Shown here: positions 16,486-30,813 of the stretch, piece after piece
Position numbering within the stretch: position 1 is the first letter of the stretch
How the letters are laid out: the number at the start of each line of letters is the position of its first letter
NCBI GenBank assembly: GCA_964016885.1
Contig: OZ024743.1
Span: forward strand, 199,702,001 to 199,766,000
Origin: Eledone cirrhosa
Taxonomy: Eukaryota
Length of the DNA stretch: 64,000 bases
Reading direction: 5' to 3'
The notes under the pieces: model-generated
Databases searched by the model: none
What the model saw: the letters and a program-made list of their open reading frames with translations, nothing else
What the model was told of the DNA's origin: nothing
Program-made: the position numbers and the translations under genes

Positions 16486-18087
16486 TTTGAGTATATGTTG
16501 GTTGTGTACCAACACCTCAGTATGCAGATTGGAGCACCCGACGAAGTGCGCAGGTTGGTTTGGTTACTCCGGAGTAATGTAAAATAAAATAAAATAAAAT
16601 AAATAAGTCAAATGTTTAAAATTTGGCTTCGTTTATTACTGCTATATATATTTCGGTGACAGCCATCTTTGGCTGTGACCTCTTCAGGCAGTCCGAATTA
16701 GTGTGGTAGAGACGAGTACACATGTTGTTGAGGTGTATAACTTTGTCAATACTCTGATATGCCCAGTTCCTGGTTGGGTTGTTATTTCATTGAGGAACTG
16801 GAATCCTATGAATTTAAACAAACGAATTTCAGTGTCAGAGGACATCTTCTCCTCTCATTGGTCAGTTGTGAGAACATTCCTCAATCAAAAGTCTATAGAA
16901 ATTCATTCTGAGGCAAGGCAATCTGTAGTGGTTTTTCCTTGTTATTGCTAAGTACATCTGACCTCTACTCTTATGTTGGTAGTGGTGTTGATGTTAGAAT
17001 CAGCTAAAAAAATGATAAAATGGTAGAAGGAATAAGGTGGTAGAGGAACCAAATAAATAATCAAATAAAATGTGTGTGTGTTATACCCAATCTCAATGTT
17101 ATAAAAATTTGTAAGGTCACTCAACCCATTGTTCAGTTTTGGAGCATTCCTCAGTGAAAAGTCTATAGAAATTATTTCTGAGGTTAGGTTCTCTGTAGTG
17201 TTTGTTTCTGCTATTGTTAGGTACATCTGACCTCTACCCTTAATTTGGTAGTGTTGTTGGTGTTGTGTTCAGCCCATATCTTGCTGCTGCTGACATTTAT
17301 AAGTATCTGTGTGTTTCTTCATCCATCCTGCCACCATCTCTCGTGGTGGTGGTGGTGGTGGTGTCTGCCATGTTTATGAAGAAATAGAAGGCAATAAGAT
17401 GAAGAAAACAGAAAATAAATAATTGTTTCTACTTTTGGCACAAGGCCAGCAATTACCCAGTGTATTACTGGTACAAATAATGAATAGAAAATAAATGAAA
17501 AATGAATTGATGAAAAATGACAAATGACAAATGTAAAATGAAATGGAAATTGAAAAATGTAAAATGAAATATGAAAATGAAAAGTGGAAAATAGAAGTGA
17601 AGATTCAAATAAAGTAAAATGTGTGTGTTCTATAACCAATCTCAAGGTCAGAAAGATGTGGGATAAAGTGGTAGGAGGAACAAGATGGTAAAAGAATAAA
17701 ACGAAATAAGATAATTAAATAAAAAGTGTGTGTGTTATGACCATTCTCAACTTAAATATCAGGCATAAATATAAGGCAATAAGGTGAAGAAAACAAAACA
17801 AATGAAAAATCAATGAAAAATCAATGAAAAATCAATGAAAAATCAAGTAAAATAAAATGTGTGTGTGTTATAAAGATGTTGGCCAAATTAGAAAGGCTGT
17901 ATCAGAATCAATCTCTAGGCTATCATGGTGTAAACTCAGCCGGAGTGGGTCCCTATGGCTTGAGGGGAGTTCCCAACCTATGGTGTTGTTACTGCCCATA
18001 TAGCTTGAGGGAGTTCTGGCCGAGAAGTATCTACATGTTCTGGAGAAGTCCCTATAGCTTGAGGGGAGTTCACATCTCAGTGTGTTG

Positions 18088-18405
18088 CTACTGTCCATAT
18101 AGCTTGAGGAAGGTCCCGGCCCTGAGGTGTCTGCATGTCCCGAAGAAGTCGGTTCTGAGGTTTATCAGGCGGCTTCCACCACTTAGTATCTCGAGGGTCT
18201 CGATCAGACATAGTTTGCATATGCCGGATCCGCCTTTATCGGGCGGTACCTTCCTGATTATGAACCAGGCCAGAGAGTACAGGGTCCTGTCCAGCTCCAG
18301 CTTCCAGATGAGGTCGGAGAGAGCCGTACTTTTCCTTTTGGCCTCCTTGTTGAAGGAATGGTGATGGTTATACGAGCGGTCTTTAAAACTCGTTGATGTG
18401 GCTCT
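18088..18405 (-). pseudogene. C-terminal part of a PLE GIY-YIG endonuclease (Naiad-like)
   Basis: TSTSFKDRSYNHHHSF...STALSDLIWKL...CKLCLIE...INLRTDFFGTCRH, homologous to the C-terminus of 53111..54259. Confidence 0.85.
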
Positions 18406-18782
18406 ACCACTGTGGCTCGTTGATGGTTCCTCTACCACCTTATTCCTTCTACCACTTTATCATTTTTTGAGCTGATTCAAACATCAACACTATTACCAAC
18501 ATAAGTGTAGAGGTCAGATGTACTTAGCAATAACAAGGAAAAACCACTACAGATTGCCTTGCCTCAGAATGAATTTCTATAGACTTTTAACTGAGGAATG
18601 TTCTCACAACTGACCAATGAGAGGAGAAGATGTCCTCTGACACTGAAATTCGTTTGTTTAAATTCATATGATTCCAGTTCCTCAATGAAATAACAACCCA
18701 ACCAGGAACTGGGCATATCAGAGTATTGACAAAGTTATACACCTCAACAACATGTGTACTCGTCTCTACCACACTAATTCGG

Positions 18783-18837
18783 ACTGCCTGAAGAGGTCAC
18801 AGCCAAAGATGGCTGTCACCGAAATATATATAGCAGT
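18783..18837 (+). ncRNA. Minimal type I hammerhead ribozyme (element-sense copy at 16638-16692, minus strand)
   Basis: ACTGC-CTGAAGA-GGTCACAGCCA AAGA TGGCTGTCACC-GAAA-TATATA-TA-GCAGT; intact core and all stems. Confidence 0.9.
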
Positions 18838-18883
18838 AATAAACGAAGCCAAATTTTAAACATTTAACTTATTTATTTTATTT

Positions 18884-18993
<110 letters not shown>

Positions 18994-19414
18994 ATGTGTA
19001 TGTATGTATGTATGTATGTATGTATGTATGTATGTATGTATGTATGTATGTATGTATCTATAACTATCTAAACACACACACGCTCACACAAATACACATG
19101 TGTCCATAATTGCCTTCCCTCATATTCTTATGTGCTTGTTTAAATGAAGTATAGACACTGTCACGTTTTGAACAAGTTCATCTTGCCTGCCCTCTCTTCT
19201 GCTCTAGTCATCACCAGAACCTCAGAGGTTCCGGAAATAGACTGGACTGTGGTAAGAGTGCAATATGTCTAGACAGTCACACTACACCGCATACGCAATT
19301 TGAGAAGTGGTAGCAGAGGATTAAGCCGACTCCTGGTGCTATAGCTTATCCATGGCGAAAGATAAAAGGTAAAGTTGACCTCGATGGGATTTGAACTCAG
19401 AACGTAAACAACCG

Positions 19415-19990
19415 GAAGTTATATAGAATTTTGACAGGAAGTTATATAGAATTTTGACAGGAAGTTATATAGAATTTTGACAGGAGGTTATATAGAATTT
19501 TGACAGGAGGTCATATAGAATTTTGACAGGAGGTTATATAGAATTTTGACAGGAAGTTATATAGAATTTTGACAGGAGGTTATATAGAATTTTGACAGGA
19601 AGTTATATAGAATTTTGACAGGAGATTATATAGAATTTTGACAGGAAGTTATATAGAATTTTGACAGGAGGTTATATAGAATTTTGACAGGAGGTCATAT
19701 AGAATTTTGACAGTAGGTTATATAGAATTTTGACAGGAGGTTATATAGAATTTTGACAGGAGGTTATATAGAATTTTGACAGGAGGTTATATAGAATTTT
19801 GACAGGAGGTTATATAGAATTTTGACAGTAGGTTATATAGAATTTTGACAGGAAGTTATATAGAATTTTGACAGGAGGTTATATAGAATTTTGACAGTAG
19901 GTTATATAGAATTTTGACAGGAAGTTATATAGAATTTTGACAGGAGGTTATATAGAATTTTGACAGGAGGTTATATAGAATTTTGACAGT
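19415..19990 (+). repeat. 23-bp minisatellite, about 25 copies
   Basis: Unit TTATATAGAATTTTGACAGGA(A/G)G with no spacers. Confidence 0.95.
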
Positions 19991-20114
19991 ATATATCGAG
20001 CGTTCTGATTTAAAAAAAATAAAGATTAAACTAAGAACAAGCCTATATATATGTTTACTTTTTGAACAATTATGTACTGAATGGATATAACTTATATATA
20101 AGGGTGACTCAAGG

Positions 20115-20145
<31 letters not shown>

Positions 20146-20328
20146 TGTATGTATGTATGTATGTATGTATGTATGTATGTATGTATGTATATATGAATGT
20201 ATGTATATATGTATTATGTATGTATGTATGTTTGTAAATATGTATTATGCATGTATATATACTCACACACGTATAATATATTATAATATATTATATAACA
20301 CACAGATACATACACACAGACACACACG

Positions 20329-20378
<50 letters not shown>

Positions 20379-20399
20379 TACATATGATGGCTGTAAACT

Positions 20400-20990
20400 C
20401 TGCTAAAAGTATTGCAATCGCTTGTCAGATTCGTGTGACGACGACGCTCGTATATGGCTTTTCAAGCCTGCTAGAGACTTGCACTCCTTCGCACACTGAC
20501 AACTATGGATCCCCCTGGCCCCAGGTCTTGTATCAGGTTGCCTGTGAAACTTTACAATACCCGGAGATCATAGTTCACTGGTTCTCTTTGAACATGGCTG
20601 CGACTGTGGCTCCTGAGACCAGATTTACTCAAGCAAATCTTTCCACACTCAGGGCACACCAATTCAATGGAGACACCGACCTTTTCGAGAGATACATCAG
20701 GGCATTGCTTACGCACACCCCGTTTGATCTCCTCGTGCTCTATGCGTCTGTCCATCATTCACCATTTCACGCCAAGTTTCTCTCTCAACATCTTGTATCT
20801 CCCAGTCAGCCACCATCAAACCATTTTTTTCAATGAATCCTTTACACAATCCTTGAATCGGAGCTTTGGTTTGTGAGGTGGTCTCTTACCCTTACAAAGT
20901 TCGCCATACAAAAGTTTTTTCGGGATTCGATCATCTTCCATTCTACAGAGGTATCCGGTCCATCCCAAACGTCGTTGGTGGATGAAACAT
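20400..20990 (-). pseudogene. RTE/BovB-like LINE 3' fragment with C2H2 finger
   Basis: LYGELCKGKRPPHKPKLRFKDCV and CPECGKICLSKSGLRSHSRSH. Confidence 0.75.
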
Positions 20991-21567
20991 ATATATACGG
21001 ATTTGTGTGCAAATTATACTATACATAAATACATACATAATACAATACATTCATAAATACATATATAAATATATAAATACATATATATATACACATAAAT
21101 ACATACATATATACTTACATAAACCCACATATAAATATATATACAAATACACATAAACATACACACACACATGAACATATTACACATACATACCTTGTTA
21201 TTATTCCCATTATTATAGAAGTTATATTATACATTCGTCTATAAAAGAACAATAGCTATGTTGATACTACTCAGGGATTGTAGTTATGGACATTATGATG
21301 ATTATGATGATGGCTACAATGATGATAGTAACTTCATCCAACACCCAATCTAAAGACTGGGATAGGGTTGGGGGTGGCTTTGGAGATTGACGGCACGTGG
21401 CACATCTTTCGCTCAAGCAAACACAATTGCTTATGTAATAGAAGAGCTAGCTAGATGTCAAGTAGCGGTTTCCTAGATTAATGATGCTTTTATATATATC
21501 CTTCCGTCACCTCATTAAAATAAACACCCTTATTCTGACATATATATATCAATATATATACATGCAT

Positions 21568-21679
<112 letters not shown>

Positions 21680-21681
21680 TA

Positions 21682-21737
<56 letters not shown>

Positions 21738-21864
21738 TCATATCGCTCATACTTATTCATAATTATACACACAGAAACTGGTCTATGCATGGATGTATAC
21801 AAATACAGAAACATACACAGATATACAAACATAAAATGTAACAAAATTAAATGATTTACATACA

Positions 21865-21993
<129 letters not shown>

Positions 21994-22169
21994 GTGTGTA
22001 TGAGTGTGTATAATCATGTTGTTTTTTGTGAATCATATATGTTTTATATTATACAATCCTCATCTGAAATAGAACTCATTACGAAATAAATGAAAACAAA
22101 TATTTTTATATTATATGTTTTATATCATAAAACAATAACCTGAATAAGCATATTACCGCATGGACCTTT

Positions 22170-22900
22170 TATGGATGTTTCTGCAGGAGTATGGGATCAA
22201 TGGTCAGCTTCTTGCTGCCCTTATGTCACCATATGAATGCCCTAGTATTTGTGTTCGGATAAATGATGCAAAGTCGAAACCATTTTAAAAAGAATCTCTG
22301 AGATGCACTTTATAGGTTTGCTGCACTGCAGGAATGAAAATCAGTGCTGCGAAAACTGTAACACTAGTCCTCTCAAAGAATCACGCTCAGTGCACTCTAT
22401 GTGTGAGTGGAATCCCACTAAAGCAGGTAGAGAAGTTCAAGTATGTCAATGCCGTATTCACGAGTGATAGTAAACAGGAGGCTGAATTAAGTGCAAGAAC
22501 TACCGGAACTGGTGCAGTAATGTGCCAGCTTTAGCATTCGTTAATCAGTATTGGATCAACCCTTACCTATGATCATAAATTTTGGGTAATGACCGAAAGA
22601 ATACAATCGCAAACACAAGCCGCTCAACTGGGGTTCTTCCGAAGGGTCTTTGGAGTTACGATACTGATAGAGTTTGTAGCTCGTAAATCAGAGAGTCACT
22701 CCAAGTCGAGCCATTACTTCTCCGAATTGAGAAATCATATATTACGGTTAGAATAAACCAGGAATGAAACACTGGACAGATTTTACCGGCAAAAATAAAC
22801 CAACCTGCAGGAAATCCCCAGGGGTAGACCTCAAACAAGATCTTTGGATAACATTCATGAGCTCGGCTGGTCGCGCCTGGGGATCCAGCCAGAAAATAAG
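22170..22900 (+). pseudogene. Degenerate RTE-clade LINE RT/3' fragment
   Basis: MKISAAKT...LKQVEKFKYV; stops and frameshifts. Confidence 0.7.
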
Positions 22901-22901
22901 G

Positions 22902-23017
<116 letters not shown>

Positions 23018-23070
23018 TACACACATATATATATATATATAGTTATGTAATAAACAACATAAGGCAATTA

Positions 23071-23131
23071 TTTCATTTACCAGTGGTTTCTTAAAAGCAA
23101 ACAAATTTTGCTTTCAATCCTCAGAATGAAA
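23071..23131 (-). ncRNA. Solo type I hammerhead ribozyme next to (TA)n
   Basis: TTTCATT-CTGAGGA-TTGAAAGCAAA ATTTG TTTGCTTTTAA-GAAA-CCACTGG-TA-AATGAAA; 7-bp stem I, 11-bp stem II, GUA site. Confidence 0.85.
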
Positions 23132-23416
23132 AATTCCTGGTGTATTTATTGACATTGGATTTTAAAAAACAAAAATATAATCTATATGAAAGTGAGGCTG
23201 GAAAAGGAAGAAGGAAAGGAAAAATAAACACACATGCACACACCCACACAATTACATACACACGCATATATACATACATATATATATACACACACACATA
23301 TACACACACATATATATGTATATATATATACATACACATACATATACCCATACATACATACACAGATATATATCAACATATCCATACATACGCATACACA
23401 CAAATACACAAACACG

Positions 23417-23519
<103 letters not shown>

Positions 23520-23828
23520 ATCATACATATATACACACGTTCATACACACACATACACACATATATACATGCATACATACGCATGCACAAATATAGATAT
23601 ACGCACACACACAAATAATTATAAGAAAAAATATAATAATATAAATGAATATAAAAATTATTATAAAGTTGACAGCGATACAGGCTACAAATAAATGAAC
23701 AAACACACGTGGTAAGCAATACACACAATTGCACATACACATACATACGTAAAAATAAATACATACACACACGCACATACATATACATATACACATACAT
23801 ACACATATACATACACACACTCACATAT

Positions 23829-23870
<42 letters not shown>

Positions 23871-23874
<4 letters not shown>

Positions 23875-25013
23875 TCATTAGTTAAGAAAAACAAGACCAC
23901 AAACTTCACAAGGAAGACATTATTAAAAGATTGTCAACATATTTTAGTTTGATGTAAGGAATGTAGAGAATAATAATAATAATGTCCGTTTACAATTGTT
24001 TCGCTACTCCATATAATATTTCTGGATCAGATAACTATATATCATAATTGGTCTGGTTCAGTTGAAAATAATTAACATATTTAAAAAAACAGAGTGGCTC
24101 ATCGGAACTCAAAGGAATATAAATTAAAATAATGTTACATAATATAATGTTCCATATATTGGTTTTTACTATGGTGTCTTGGTTGCATCAGCTGTCAGCC
24201 ATAATCAAGCAGTATTCATCTGTCGAGGCTGCATTGTGTGAGATCTCACACAATGCAGCCTCGACAGATGAATACTGCTTGATTATGGCTGACAGCTGAT
24301 GCAACCAAGACACCATAGTAAAAACCAATATATGGAACATTATATTATGTAACATTATTTTAATTTATATTATAAGGGCGGTGGATTGGCAGTATCGGTA
24401 GAGGGTCAGACGCCATGCTTTCCAGCATAGTTACGTCCCTTAACGATCTGAGTTCAAATCCCGCCGAGGTTGACTTTGCCTTTCATCCTTACGGGGTCGA
24501 TAAAATAAAGTACCAGTAATGCACTGGGTAATTGCTGGCCTTGTGCCTAAAGTACAAACAATTATTTTAATTTATATTCCTTTGAGTTCCGATGAGCCAC
24601 TCTGTTTTTTTAAATATGTTAATTATTTTCAACTGAACCAGACCAATTATGATATATAGTCATCTGATCCAGAAATATTATATGGAGTAGCGAAACAATT
24701 GTAAACGGACATTATTATTATTAATATTATTATTATTATTCTCTACATTCCTTACATCAAACTAAAATATGTTGACAATCTTTTAATAATGTCTTCCTTG
24801 TGAAGTTTGTGGTCTTGTTTTGCTTAACTAATGAATATTTCCAGCTTTGCGCACCTAACTTCTGCATGAACCCAGCCACCTAGCTGCTTTCTACTGTATA
24901 TTGCACATTGAGCACATGCCTTTACGCTTTGGCTTCTAACTAACTCACCAATCTTTCCTCTCATATCTCCTCTACTATCTCCATCTCCCTCTTTAAGATT
25001 GGTCACTCTTGAA

Positions 25014-25016
<3 letters not shown>
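23871..25016 (+). mobile_element. Spacerless fold-back element (about 370-bp arms) with right tail and a SINE in the right arm
   Basis: Centre GAGATCTC at about 24243; arms end at 24838; tail 24839-25016; HHR-like GTT-CCGATGA-GCCACTC...GAGTAGC-GAAA-CAATTG-TA-AAC at 24586-24706. Confidence 0.9.
24374..24562 (+). mobile_element. Full-length young SINE with TSD
   Basis: TSD ATTATTTTAATTTATATT at 24354-24371 / 24561-24578; absent from the left arm. Confidence 0.92.
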
Positions 25017-25062
<46 letters not shown>

Positions 25063-25955
25063 TATACATACATATACACAAACACATACATACAAATACA
25101 TATACACACATATGTATGTGTGTAAAACTCATTATTAGATGTATTCATATGAACCTTGTTTAACTCTTAAATATATATATAGTTACATACATGCAACCAT
25201 ACATACATTTGTATCAGAATGGAGACGATGAAAACCAGTTAGACCATTAGTCATCAGAGTACTCGATACTTGGGTAGTAGAGTGGGTAATATGAAAAATT
25301 CGGGACACCAAGGGGTCCCGAATTTTTCATATATACATATGTATATATATAGTATATATTTGAGAGTGTATATGTGTGTTATGTTTGTTTGTATGTATGT
25401 GGGTATATTGCTGCAAGTTCCGAAACGGTGCGTTCTAGAAAAAAAATATGAATTTAGCTTTCAAAATCTGCGTCGCAAAGAAAAGAATTTTGGGCACAGG
25501 GAGTTTCTTAGTTCCGAAAAGAATAAAATAAATTAGAAAATAGTAATACTATCAATCACTGTTACTGTGACAATTTAGGTAGTTTGGCACTTATTGATCG
25601 TCGCGTGCATTCCTTCAAAGGGACCTTATTATTCCATCTACCTATGTCGTCAGAAGGGGCATTGCTTTCGTTATGAGGCAGAGAGTTGTCCTCACAGAGG
25701 TCACCCGATGTTTACCTGAATATACTGACACTAAAGTATACAACAAGCCACAGGTACCACTTCAACATACTTCTCCAGTGAGAACATTTCCATAGAAAGC
25801 ACATTGAGGACGATTGACGATTCACAGGAACATACCAAGAGGAATAAATAAGGTGACATGAGGCACGTAGGAAAGATGGTCTGATATGGAATAAAAGAAA
25901 TTGAAAGAAAAGCACTCTATTGTAAAAGTTGCCTCGTAACGTCGGGCACTCTGCT

Positions 25956-26049
<94 letters not shown>

Positions 26050-26612
26050 AAGCGCAAGAGACCGACAAAAGAATCCGGAACGTACGTATAATTGACTGGA
26101 AAAACTGGCGTTTTACAGTATAAGATGTAGTTTGAGAGATTTTGCTGCTATTTCTAGCACGTCGAACGATGGCTTATAGATTCCACGCTACGTCTGAGCT
26201 CGTCCAAAACTCTGCCAACTGGGTCATTTCCCTTTTCTGTTACAAGATGAACGCGTTTGACTTCTTTATAGCGTATTTTTAAGATCTGGTGTATTCTTAA
26301 GATCTGTGTAACATTACCAACATGCCAAAGAAAACCCAACCCTCATCACCTCGTCCTTGCTGATACTTTTGGAAGCAATTAACCCGTTTGATGCGCAACA
26401 GATAAATTACTTCCGAGACCCGTATTATGCCATTCCCATTCTTCTGAAGATTGTTCTCAAACAATTAGGAAACGAGACGAAACTTTAGTCCTTTTGATCT
26501 TTCACAGAGCCTTCTTCATTCTAGATGGGAAGCTAACATTCTTTCTAGGTAGTTATTTGTTTTTTCTTTTCTATAATAAATATACTTATACATTCTTTCT
26601 GTCTTTTTGTCT

Positions 26613-26659
<47 letters not shown>

Positions 26660-28017
26660 TTTGTTCATTTCCTTCTTTTGTTTTTTATTATGTGAAATCT
26701 GAGGACAGCGAGTTGGCAGAAGGGGTGGAGCCCTGGATTAAATATATTACAGTATTTATTTCCGTTCTTTTACATCCTGTGTTCAAATTCAGCTGTGCTC
26801 AACTTGGCTTCCATTCTACCGAGGGTCGTTAAATTTAGTCTCAGTAATATATTTTAATCTATTCCATCGACGTTACTTCCTCTCCGAGAAATTTCAGTTC
26901 TTCTGCCAAGTTGAAAGCATCTCTCTCGTCCACGTTTATTATCTGAAATTTGCCTGCTCTTATCTGTTGTTGTTTTGTATCCCTCACATCTTTAGCCTGT
27001 CTCTTTCGTTCATGCTGATATGCTTTTCGATACACATCACAATTCATACAATTTAATCTGTCCTGCCATTCATATCATACATCTCCACACAGATAATCAT
27101 GTAGTGTACAAACCTAGCTTATTTCAACACGTTATAATTATATTTCTATAACACAAACATCTCTTAGTTCAATACAATACTGATTCGACTTGTTATGATC
27201 ATTCTTCTGTTAACACAAATCATCTTAAGATTTGAATGTCATTTCAAATCTTGAATTTGCGAACGAGTAACTCTTTTACGCAATATCTGCTTTCATTTTT
27301 CTCTTTTGCCTTTGTGTCCGTTATTTGACAATATCAAAATTGAGCGGGTATGAATGATATTTGGCCTAGAACGTAAAACGTGCTAGCCAGATGTCCTTTG
27401 GTATAACATAATTAAACCAAATTAACTTCAAACATATCAACCAATTCTTCTTCATGATTAGAACTGTTTCAATTGTAAGAAATCATCAGGATGAAACAGT
27501 TCTAGTCCAGCAGAAGATATTTCTCTAATATATATATATCAGACAGAATAGAGAAGGCGTTTTTCCGGAGATGGTGAGGAAGATGCGTTGGGAGAGCCAT
27601 TTCATCTCGCGAGGCTTACACCTGCGGGTAGCCAACTCCGTGCCGATGGTGGTGAGTAGGGAGCTGGTCCGAGGGCTAAGGTCAACAGAAATCTGCTATA
27701 TTGATATATATACTCAAATACGGCATGGAAAAGAAATGAGTCGTTCGCTACATGGTCTTGAACACATAGCAGTTTTTGTTAAAATTACAATGCTTATGAA
27801 CGCTACTAAGCGAGATTCTTACATCTGATGGTTATTAACTATATATCTAATTATCTTTCAGTCGGTTTATTTATAAGTTAGGAAACACAATCACCAGAAT
27901 ATCTTATCATAAACGCACCCGTTGACACCGAAAAACTCTTTTAAATTCTTCACACATAACAGGACACACAAATATACACACATAACACATATATTCATTG
28001 CAGAAAGAGATAGCTAA

Positions 28018-28079
<62 letters not shown>

Positions 28080-28500
28080 TGAGAGAAAGGCGTTATATAT
28101 GTATGTGCTAGTGTACGTGTTTCTGTACGTGTCTATATGTAACAACCCGTATACAGATACAGATACATATATAATATAATAATCAAAACTAGATTACGTT
28201 CGTCTAGGATAATTGAAATACACAAAACAAATCCAAAAAGAAACGACATAATACCAACAAAAAATAACAAGACAAAACCAAACCAAAGTGAAATATAAAT
28301 GCAAATAAATAGATGAATGGTGTCATCGTAAGTGACGTCATTAAGATCAGATTTCAAACGGGTATATATGGGGAATATTATTGTAATCTTTCATCAATTG
28401 ATTGTTCTCAGTCTCTCAGTCTTCTGGTTGCCCTGTGCTGATCATTGTTGTATATATTCGAATATATTCAAACCATATATATAAAACTTGCATGCACACG

Positions 28501-28532
<32 letters not shown>

Positions 28533-28596
28533 TGTATGTATGTATGTATGTATGTATGTATGTATGTATGTATGTATGTATATATATGTATGTATG

Positions 28597-28629
<33 letters not shown>

Positions 28630-28705
28630 ATATATATATATGTGTGTGTGTGTGTATGTATGTATATATAAGTATACATATAAATATATATGTATGTGTA
28701 TATAC

Positions 28706-28800
<95 letters not shown>

Positions 28801-28986
28801 AATATGAATGTATATACTTATATATATGTATATATGTTTATATATATGAATATGTATGTATATATATATATATGTTTGTGTGTGTACATATATGTGTGTG
28901 TGTGTGTACATATATATGTGTGTGTGTGTTTGTATATATGTATTATATACACATATGAATATGTAATACAATAGTATGTAACCATA

Positions 28987-29027
<41 letters not shown>

Positions 29028-29873
29028 ATCTATGTATCTATGTATCTATGTATATATGCACAAATATACATTCATGCATATATAAGTATATATCATATGA
29101 TATGTATATATCATATATATATATATATTCTGTGAGTGTATGCATGTGTGCGCGTGTGTGTACGTGTTTGTGTGTTTTTATATATATATATATATATACA
29201 CACACAGAAAATATATACGCACACACACAGAAACACATGCATGCACATACAAACATATACAATAATTGCATGCACGCAACAATTTTGAAAAAAAAAGATC
29301 TGTTAAGGCTTTTTGACGTCTATGATGTATTGTTTAATTCCTGACGAACGCGAAAAAAAGAAATACCAACAACAACAAAAGAGAAGAAAAGAGAATAGAA
29401 AATAAAGTAGAGGAAGAAGAAAAAAAGGTGATATTCATTATAAGAAACAATTAGCTTGAACGAAGTGGCATCGTTAAAAGTCTATAACATTATCCATATG
29501 TGTGACTGTTGTGATGATGATGGTGGTGTTGTTGTTGTTGGTGGTGGAGGAAGATGGTGCTGCTGGTGGTGATATGGTGATGGTGGTGGTGGTGATGATG
29601 ATGATAATGGTGGTTGTGGTTGGTGGTGGTGAGGATGATGAACTTATTTTAGTAACACTACTGAAACTTCATAACCACCCGAGTATTTGTTGCCTAAATC
29701 ATTCGGCTTGCAGTGGTATTTCGTACTTACCTGCCCTTGATCGCAATTACACGTTGCTTTCGTACGCATATGCAACCTACACACACATACATTTACAAGC
29801 TTATGTGCTCATTCATACAACCAAATATATACACACATATACTTATACGTACATCGACATAGATACACACACC

Positions 29874-29875
<2 letters not shown>

Positions 29876-29905
<30 letters not shown>

Positions 29906-30072
29906 CGAGAGGGTCGTGGGGCAGAGTCCTCCAACATTCCATCCAGCTGGTCATGTCAGAAGCAACCGTCTCCACCTGATCCGGCTGGATCCCCAAGCAA
30001 GTCCAGCTAAGCTCATGGATGCTATCTAACCGTCTTGTTCGGGGTCTATCCTTGGGTCTCCTACCTGTTGGT
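29876..30072 (-). pseudogene. RTE LINE 3' end with (GAA)n tail
   Basis: KPTGRRPKDRPRTRRLDSIHELSW followed by (GAA)n on the minus strand. Confidence 0.75.
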
Positions 30073-30269
30073 TTTACCCGTAAAATATGTTTTACCCGTA
30101 AAATATGTTTTACCCGTAAAATATGTTTTACCCGTAAAATATGTTTTACCCGTAAAATATGTTTTACCCGTAAAATATGTTTTACCCGTAAAATATGTTT
30201 TACCCGTAAAATATGTTTTACCCGTAAAATATGTTTTACCCGTAAAATATGTTTTACCCGTAAAATATG
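30070..30269. repeat. 18-bp minisatellite, 11 copies
   Basis: GTTTTACCCGTAAAATAT; each unit is a small hairpin. Confidence 0.95.
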
Positions 30270-30297
30270 TATATATATATAAATAATAACTGTTTCA

Positions 30298-30428
30298 TTC
30301 CAGTGCATTACTGGTACATTATTTTATCGACCCCTTAAGGATGAAAGGCAAAGTAAACCTCGGCGGGATTTGAACTCAGAACGTAAAGGGCCGTAACTCT
30401 GTACTGCAAAGCATGGCGTCCGACCCTC
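30298..30428 (-). mobile_element. SINE fragment
   Basis: SINE body reverse complement. Confidence 0.85.
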
Positions 30429-30581
30429 CAAACAAATGATAGTTACTTTAGGTCATCTCTATTCATTTTATATATATTTCGAAGATGCAAATCTTATGTA
30501 TAACATAATCCAAAACGTATTCTCGTCAGATAAATTGCATAGGATTATAAATCAACTGTCTCTTTTTGACTGAACAATTAT

Positions 30582-30615
<34 letters not shown>

Positions 30616-30751
30616 TGTTATACTTGGGGAGGGTCATATTTGTGTAATATTGCCAGAATTAATAACAGAACACACTCACTGTTTGATTAGTTTTCGCTTG
30701 TTTCGACACACAATTTCATATAAAAAACCTCGCAAAACTAATTCATCGCCG

Positions 30752-30811
<60 letters not shown>

Positions 30812-30813
<2 letters not shown>

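Noticed and set aside
19415-19990. CRISPR-like array
   Set aside because: Contiguous tandem units with no unique spacers, eukaryotic context, no cas genes; same for 30070-30269
24374-24465. tRNA genes
   Set aside because: A/B boxes are SINE heads continuing into a common SINE body
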